From: Escherichia phage OES_C-1
Length of the DNA stretch: 64,000 bases
Direction: 5' to 3' (one strand)
Sequence record: PQ553088
Shown piece by piece: positions 58,421 through 64,000 of the stretch (its first letter is position 1; each line of letters begins with the position of its first letter). The position numbers were made by a program, and so were the translations under genes. A model generated the notes under the pieces. It was not told where the DNA came from and did no database searches. It was given only the letters and a program-made list of their open reading frames with translations.

Positions 58421-58898
58421 AGAAGTTTCTATTCCTAAAATGGGTCTTAAACATTATAACATTTTAAAAGATGTTAAAGGTCCTGATGAAAATTTAAAAC
58501 TTCTTATTGATTCTATTTGTCCGAATTTATCACCGGCAGAAGTTGATTTCGTTTCTATTCATTTATTGGAATTTAATGGAAAGATTAAATCTCGCAAAGA
58601 AATAGATGGTTATACTTATGACATTAATGATGTTTATGTATGCCAAAGATTGGAATTTCAATACCAAGGAAATACATTTTATTTTAGACCGCCTGGAAAA
58701 TTTGAACAATTTTTAACTGTGAGCGATATGTTATCCAAATGCTTGCTTAAGGTCAATGATGAAGTTAAAGAAATTAATTTTCTTGAGATGCCAGCATTCG
58801 TTTTAAAATGGGCAAATGATATTTTTACAACTTTAGCAATTCCTGGCCCTAATGGTCCAATAACCGGAATTGGCAATATTATTGGATTATTTGAATGA
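58365..58898 (+). CDS. 28: baseplate hub distal protein gp28
   Basis: 177 aa; overlaps the gene 27 3' end in another frame. Confidence 0.8.
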   Translation: MNLNLILPLKKVVLPISNKEVSIPKMGLKHYNILKDVKGPDENLKLLIDSICPNLSPAEVDFVSIHLLEFNGKIKSRKEIDGYTYDINDVYVCQRLEFQYQGNTFYFRPPGKFEQFLTVSDMLSKCLLKVNDEVKEINFLEMPAFVLKWANDIFTTLAIPGPNGPITGIGNIIGLFE

Positions 58899-60667
58899 AA
58901 AAGCCACAAGAAATGCAAACGATGCGTAGAAAAGTTATTTCAGATAATAAACCAACACAGGAAGCGGCTAAATCCGCTTCTAATACTTTATCTGGACTTA
59001 ATGATATATCTACGAAATTGGATGATGCTCAAGCTGCTTCTGAATTAATTGCTCAAACTGTCGAAGAAAAATCGAATGAAATAATTGGAGCAATTGACAA
59101 CGTAGAAAACGCAGTGAGTGATACCACTGCTGGTTCTGAGTTAATTGCTGAAACTGTTGAAATTGGCAACAATATTAATAAAGAAATTGGTGAATCACTC
59201 GGGAGCAAATTAGATAAATTAACAAGTTTACTAGAGCAAAAAATTCAGACAGCCGGAATTCAACAAACAGGAACCAGTTTAGCCACAGTTGAAAGCGCTA
59301 TTCCTGTTAAAGTTGTTGAGGATGATACAGCTGAATCTGTGGGTCCTTTATTACCAGCTCCTGAAGCAGTTAATAATGATCCTGATGCTGATTTTTTCCC
59401 CACCCCTCAGCCAGTTGAACCCAAACAAGAATCACCAGAAGAAAAACAGAAAAAAGACGCATTTAACTTAAAATTATCTCAAGCTTTAGATAAATTAACG
59501 AAGACTGTTGATTTTGGATTTAAGAAATCCATTTCAATTACTGATAAAATATCAAGCATGTTATTTAAGTACACCGTCAGTGCTGCTATTGAAGCTGCTA
59601 AAATGACTGCAATGATATTGGCTGTTGTTGTTGGAATAGACCTGTTGATGGTTCATTTCAAATATTGGTCAGATAAATTTTCACAGGCTTGGGATTTGTT
59701 TAGTACAGACTTTACTAAATTCTCTAGCGAAACCGGAACATGGGGTCCTTTATTACAGAGCATCTTTAGTTCTATTGATGAAATTAAAAAATTCTGGGAA
59801 GCGGGAGATTGGGGCGGTTTGACTGTAGCTATTGTAGAAGGGCTTGGAAAAGTTCTTTATAATTTAGGAGAACTTATTCAGCTTGGAATGGCTAAATTAT
59901 CTGCTGCAATTCTTCGAGTCATTCCTGGCATGAAGGATACTGCTGATGAAGTAGAAGGAAGAGCACTAGAAAATTTCCAAAATTCTACTGGAGCATCTCT
60001 CAATAAAGAAGACCAGGAAAAAGTTGCAAATTATCAAGATAAACGAATGAATGGAGACCTCGGTCCAATAGCAGAAGGACTAGATAAAATTGCGAACTGG
60101 AAAACTCGTGCATCTAACTGGATTCGTGGCGTTGATAATAAAGAAGCACTAACTACCGACGAAGAACGTGCAGCAGAAGAAGAAAAATTAAAGCAACTTT
60201 CACCTGAAGAAAGAAAAAATGCTTTAATGAAGGCTAATGAAGCCCGTGCCGCAATGATTCGCTTTGAAAAATATGCTGATTCAGCTGATATGAGTAAAGA
60301 CTCAACAGTTAAATCAGTTGAAGCTGCCTATGAAGACCTTAAAAAACGGATGGATGACCCGGATTTAAATAATTCACCGGCAGTTAAAAAAGAACTTGCT
60401 GCTAGATTTTCTAAAATTGATGCTACTTATCAAGAGCTCAAGAAAAATCAGCCTAATGCCAAACCTGAAACTTCTGCTAAATCGCCAGAAGCAAAACAAG
60501 TCCAGGTAATAGAAAAGAACAAAGCACAGCAAGCTCCTGTTCAACAAGCATCTCCTTCAATCAATAATACTAATAATGTTATTAAGAAAAATACTGTCGT
60601 TCATAATATGACACCCGTAACGAGCACGACTGCTCCTGGTGTATTTGATGCGACTGGAGTTAATTAA
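58895..60667 (+). CDS. 29: baseplate hub / tail length tape-measure protein gp29
   Basis: 590 aa; same length as T4 gp29. Confidence 0.9.
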   Translation: MKKPQEMQTMRRKVISDNKPTQEAAKSASNTLSGLNDISTKLDDAQAASELIAQTVEEKSNEIIGAIDNVENAVSDTTAGSELIAETVEIGNNINKEIGESLGSKLDKLTSLLEQKIQTAGIQQTGTSLATVESAIPVKVVEDDTAESVGPLLPAPEAVNNDPDADFFPTPQPVEPKQESPEEKQKKDAFNLKLSQALDKLTKTVDFGFKKSISITDKISSMLFKYTVSAAIEAAKMTAMILAVVVGIDLLMVHFKYWSDKFSQAWDLFSTDFTKFSSETGTWGPLLQSIFSSIDEIKKFWEAGDWGGLTVAIVEGLGKVLYNLGELIQLGMAKLSAAILRVIPGMKDTADEVEGRALENFQNSTGASLNKEDQEKVANYQDKRMNGDLGPIAEGLDKIANWKTRASNWIRGVDNKEALTTDEERAAEEEKLKQLSPEERKNALMKANEARAAMIRFEKYADSADMSKDSTVKSVEAAYEDLKKRMDDPDLNNSPAVKKELAARFSKIDATYQELKKNQPNAKPETSAKSPEAKQVQVIEKNKAQQAPVQQASPSINNTNNVIKKNTVVHNMTPVTSTTAPGVFDATGVN

Positions 60668-60675
60668 GGAATAAT

Positions 60676-61770
60676 ATGGCAATTGTTAAAGAAATAACTG
60701 CTGATTTAATTAAAAAGTCCGGTGAGAAAATTTCAGCCGGACAGAGTACTAAATCAGAAGTAGGAACTAAAACATACACAGCCCAGTTTCCAACTGGGCG
60801 TGCTAGTGGGAATGACACTACAGGGGACTTCCAGGTAACAGATCTATATAAGAATGGATTATTATTTACTGCATACAATATGTCATCTAGGGATTCTGGA
60901 AGTCTCAGAACGATGAGATCTAACTACTCTTCTTCATCTTCTAGTATTTTACGTACAGCCAGAAACACTATTAGTAGTACAGTATCAAAACTATCAAATG
61001 GATTAATATCAGATAATAATTCAGGAACAATAAGTAAAGTTCCTGTTGCAAATATTCTTTTACCGAGATCTAAATCCGATGTTGATACATCATCACATAG
61101 ATTTAACGATGTTCAAGAAAGTCTTATCAGCAGAGGCGGAGGTACTGCTACTGGTGTGCTAAGTAATATTGCTTCAACTGCAGTATTTGGAGCACTGGAA
61201 AGTATAACACAAGGTATAATGGCTGATAATAATGAACAGATTTATACGACAGCCAGAAGTATGTATGGTGGTGCTGAGAATAGAACTAAAGTGTTTACAT
61301 GGGATTTGACTCCACGTTCAACAGAAGATTTAATGGCTATTATTAATATCTATCAATATTTTAACTATTTTTCTTATGGTGAAACGGGCAAATCTCAATA
61401 TGCTGCTGAAATAAAGGGGTATTTAGATGATTGGTATCGTTCTACGTTAATTGAACCTTTATCTCCGGAAGACGCAGCTAAAAATAAAACACTATTTGAG
61501 AAAATGACATCGAGTTTAACTAACGTTCTAGTAGTTTCAAACCCGACAATTTGGATGGTGAAAAACTTTGGTGCAACATCTAAGTTTGATGGAAAAACGG
61601 AAATATTTGGCCCATGCCAAATACAAAGCATCAGATTTGATAAAACGCCTAATGGTAACTTTAACGGATTAGCTATTGCTCCAAACCTCCCTAGTACATT
61701 TACTCTTGAGATTACTATGAGAGAAATTATCACGTTAAACCGTGCTTCTTTATATGCGGGGACTTTTTAA
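60676..61770 (+). CDS. 48: baseplate tail tube cap protein gp48
   Basis: 364 aa; same length as T4 gp48. Confidence 0.9.
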   Translation: MAIVKEITADLIKKSGEKISAGQSTKSEVGTKTYTAQFPTGRASGNDTTGDFQVTDLYKNGLLFTAYNMSSRDSGSLRTMRSNYSSSSSSILRTARNTISSTVSKLSNGLISDNNSGTISKVPVANILLPRSKSDVDTSSHRFNDVQESLISRGGGTATGVLSNIASTAVFGALESITQGIMADNNEQIYTTARSMYGGAENRTKVFTWDLTPRSTEDLMAIINIYQYFNYFSYGETGKSQYAAEIKGYLDDWYRSTLIEPLSPEDAAKNKTLFEKMTSSLTNVLVVSNPTIWMVKNFGATSKFDGKTEIFGPCQIQSIRFDKTPNGNFNGLAIAPNLPSTFTLEITMREIITLNRASLYAGTF

Positions 61771-62735
61771 TGTATTCTTTAGAGGAATTTAATAATCAAG
61801 CAATAAACGCAGATTTCCAACGTAATAATATGTTTAGCTGCGTTTTTGCGACAACTCCATCAACTAAAAGCTCTTCGTTGATAAGTTCAATTAGCAACTT
61901 TTCTTATAATAACTTGGGTCTAAATTCAGATTGGTTAGGATTGACTCAAGGCGATATTAATCAGGGAATTACCACGCTAATTACTGCTGGCACACAAAAA
62001 CTGATAAGAAAATCAGGGGTTAGTAAATATCTTATTGGTGCCATGAGTCAACGTACAGTTCAAAGTTTATTGGGCTCATTTACAGTTGGTACATATTTAA
62101 TTGACTTCTTTAACATGGCATATAACTCATCTGGATTGATGATATATTCTGTAAAAATGCCAGAGAATAGATTATCCTATGAAACTGACTGGAACTATAA
62201 TTCTCCTAATATTCGTATAACTGGGAGAGAATTAGACCCTTTGGTTATTTCATTTAGAATGGATTCAGAAGCATGTAATTATCGTGCAATGCAAGACTGG
62301 GTTAACGCTGTTCAAGACCCAGTAACTGGACTGCGTGCTTTGCCACAAGATGTCGAGGCAGACATTCAGGTTAATCTTCATGCTCGTAATGGATTACCTC
62401 ATACTGCTGTGATGTTCACCGGATGCATTCCAGTGTCAGTGAGCGCTCCTGAGTTATCATATGATGGAGATAATCAAATAACTACATTTGATGTTACTTT
62501 TGCGTATAGAGTCATGCAGGCTGGAGCAGTTGATAGACAAGCTGCGCTTGAATGGCTTGAATCTGCTGCTATAAATGGCATTCAAAGCGTTCTCGGAAAT
62601 AGTGGAGGTGTTACTGGACTATCTAATTCGCTTTCACGACTTAGTAGATTAGGAGGAACTGCTGGAAGCATTTCAAACATTAATACTATGACGGGAATTG
62701 TCAACTCGCAAAGTAAAATATTAGGAGCAATATAA
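61770..62735 (+). CDS. 54: baseplate tail tube initiator protein gp54
   Basis: 321 aa; TAATG overlap with gene 48. Confidence 0.9.
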   Translation: MYSLEEFNNQAINADFQRNNMFSCVFATTPSTKSSSLISSISNFSYNNLGLNSDWLGLTQGDINQGITTLITAGTQKLIRKSGVSKYLIGAMSQRTVQSLLGSFTVGTYLIDFFNMAYNSSGLMIYSVKMPENRLSYETDWNYNSPNIRITGRELDPLVISFRMDSEACNYRAMQDWVNAVQDPVTGLRALPQDVEADIQVNLHARNGLPHTAVMFTGCIPVSVSAPELSYDGDNQITTFDVTFAYRVMQAGAVDRQAALEWLESAAINGIQSVLGNSGGVTGLSNSLSRLSRLGGTAGSISNINTMTGIVNSQSKILGAI

Positions 62736-62738
62736 CAA

Positions 62739-62766
62739 TGGGGACCGAAAGGTCCCCATGTTTTTA
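62739..62766. terminator. rho-independent terminator after gene 54 (bidirectional context)
   Basis: GGGGACCGAAAGGTCCCC hairpin followed by TTTTT. Confidence 0.65.
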
Positions 62767-63054
62767 TTTACGGAATGAAATAAAAGCAGCAACTGAAGCA
62801 ACTAAACTGTCTTCAATATAAACTTCAATTTTTACCGGAGTTTCTGACTCAAATTTACCTGTTACTACACCCTGGAAAATGCTTTCAGTCTGTTCTGGCT
62901 TTGAGAAATTTTCAGAAGGAAAAATTCCGAACTTTTTATCTGTTCCAAAAATTTTGATAAATTCGTCGTAAACCGCTTCATTAAAAGCGTTATCAGCAGG
63001 AATAACGCCTTCAACTATGAGTTCTTGACCTAAAAAGCGCAAAGAAGATTTCAT
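62764..63054 (-). CDS. hypothetical protein (alt-proximal small gene)
   Basis: 96 aa; ATG at 63052-63054. Confidence 0.5.
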   Translation of the reverse strand: MKSSLRFLGQELIVEGVIPADNAFNEAVYDEFIKIFGTDKKFGIFPSENFSKPEQTESIFQGVVTGKFESETPVKIEVYIEDSLVASVAAFISFRK

Positions 63055-63114
63055 TTTGTGTTCCTCATGTTATGTCAGTAAGATTATTATAACACAACAC
63101 GAGTGACTTGTAAA

Positions 63115-63999
63115 CTACATCTTGAACTTTTTAGACATTCCATTGATGTTAACCAAAGAAGCCAAGATTTGAGAAACTTCATTTTCCTCTTCTTTTGATT
63201 CTTCTACAAGGAATTGGTTAAATCCAGTCATTGGACGAACTTCACCAGTTTCCATCAGATGGTCACCATCATATACCGATTCTTCTAATTGTTCAGAAGG
63301 AGGAACGATTGTGCCTTCGATTAGATACTTGTTATAAGCAGTTTCTTTCATCATGTACGTACTCACTTTATTAATCTTCAGCAAAATTCCACGCGGTAGA
63401 ATAACTTCAGCTTCTGATGGAAATCCTGATAAATGACCTGGAACGATAACTTTGATTCGCTCAGCTCCTTTAATTACCATACCCACGCTAGTTTCAGCAT
63501 CTTCATTGGCATACGCAGAATGACTGCCCATATGCATTAAATCTTCAGCATCAACGGAACCTTCTCCTTCACCAGAAAATACTGCACTGGAATCATCTAG
63601 GGCCATATAGTTTTTACCATACTCACCGAAGATATTTGGTTTAAGTGATGTGGATACGAAGTTCTTGAAATAGAACATTTTATTTTCAATATTATGACGT
63701 AAAGTTTTAAAGGTAACTTCTTGGCCACGGTAAAGCGTAGTTCCTGGAGGAAGAACTGATCCTTTGGCAAAGGCAGAATCCATTGTCTCGATGTGTTTAA
63801 TAGCTCGTTCCATGTATTCTTCACGTGTAGAATCTGGTTTACCTAAAAGGAACGAGTTCATTTCAACATATGAATCTGCACAATAATCTTCAATTACATC
63901 AGACTCAGCTTGAGTTAATCCTTTTGGAGTTACTTCAGTACTTGCATATTCATACGCTTGAGAAGCAGACTCATTAATCAATTTATAAACGCCATTCAT
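63115..63999 (-). CDS. alt: ADP-ribosyltransferase (Alt/Mod family); N-terminus may be truncated by the window end
   Basis: R-S-E style motifs in order (LYRGQEV, FVSTSL, EAEVILP); ORF reaches the last codon of the window, so the upstream extent is unknown. Confidence 0.55.
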   Translation of the reverse strand: MNGVYKLINESASQAYEYASTEVTPKGLTQAESDVIEDYCADSYVEMNSFLLGKPDSTREEYMERAIKHIETMDSAFAKGSVLPPGTTLYRGQEVTFKTLRHNIENKMFYFKNFVSTSLKPNIFGEYGKNYMALDDSSAVFSGEGEGSVDAEDLMHMGSHSAYANEDAETSVGMVIKGAERIKVIVPGHLSGFPSEAEVILPRGILLKINKVSTYMMKETAYNKYLIEGTIVPPSEQLEESVYDGDHLMETGEVRPMTGFNQFLVEESKEEENEVSQILASLVNINGMSKKFKM

Positions 64000-64000
64000 G

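Overview
This window is a segment of a T4-like (Tevenvirinae) Escherichia phage genome, near-collinear with T4 from tk to alt; protein lengths and sequences match T4 gp5 (575 aa), gp6, gp7, gp17, gp18, gp20, gp23, lysozyme e and denV closely but not identically. Layout: (1) a minus-strand early/accessory block (1-18238) of tightly packed, often ATGA/TAATG-coupled small genes: tk, a macro-domain protein, secreted proteins including an SLT-type transglycosylase, regB, vs-type genes including a GrcA/YfiD-like glycyl-radical protein, denV, an internal-protein gene, lysozyme e, nudE, a tandem array of small membrane-protein cassettes, two more internal-protein-family genes, a tRNA-like non-coding region, tRNA-Arg, a SegB-like GIY-YIG endonuclease, tRNA-Gly-like/Leu/Gln, an ipI-like gene, 57B (2H phosphoesterase, Acb1-like), 57A, genes 1, 3, an HNH endonuclease, 2 and 4; (2) a plus-strand late structural block (18286-48918): baseplate 53, 5, 5.1, 5.4, 6-12, wac, neck 13-15, terminase 16/17, sheath 18, tube 19, portal 20, head 67, 68, 21, 22, 23, 24, with segD on the minus strand; (3) rnlB, 24.2, 24.3, hoc (with an extra Ig-like repeat), inh, uvsW, uvsW.1, uvsY, 25, 26, 51, 27, 28, 29, 48, 54 and an Alt-like ADP-ribosyltransferase at the window end. 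All calls come from reading the sequence and the ORF track and from recalled T4 biology; no database search was run. Several track ORFs begin at TTG/GTG and were trimmed to the first ATG with a ribosome-binding site. No single clearly new multi-gene system was found; the most unusual regions are the cassette array, the aberrant tRNA-Gly-like gene next to the SegB-like endonuclease, and the repeat-flanked internal-protein genes.
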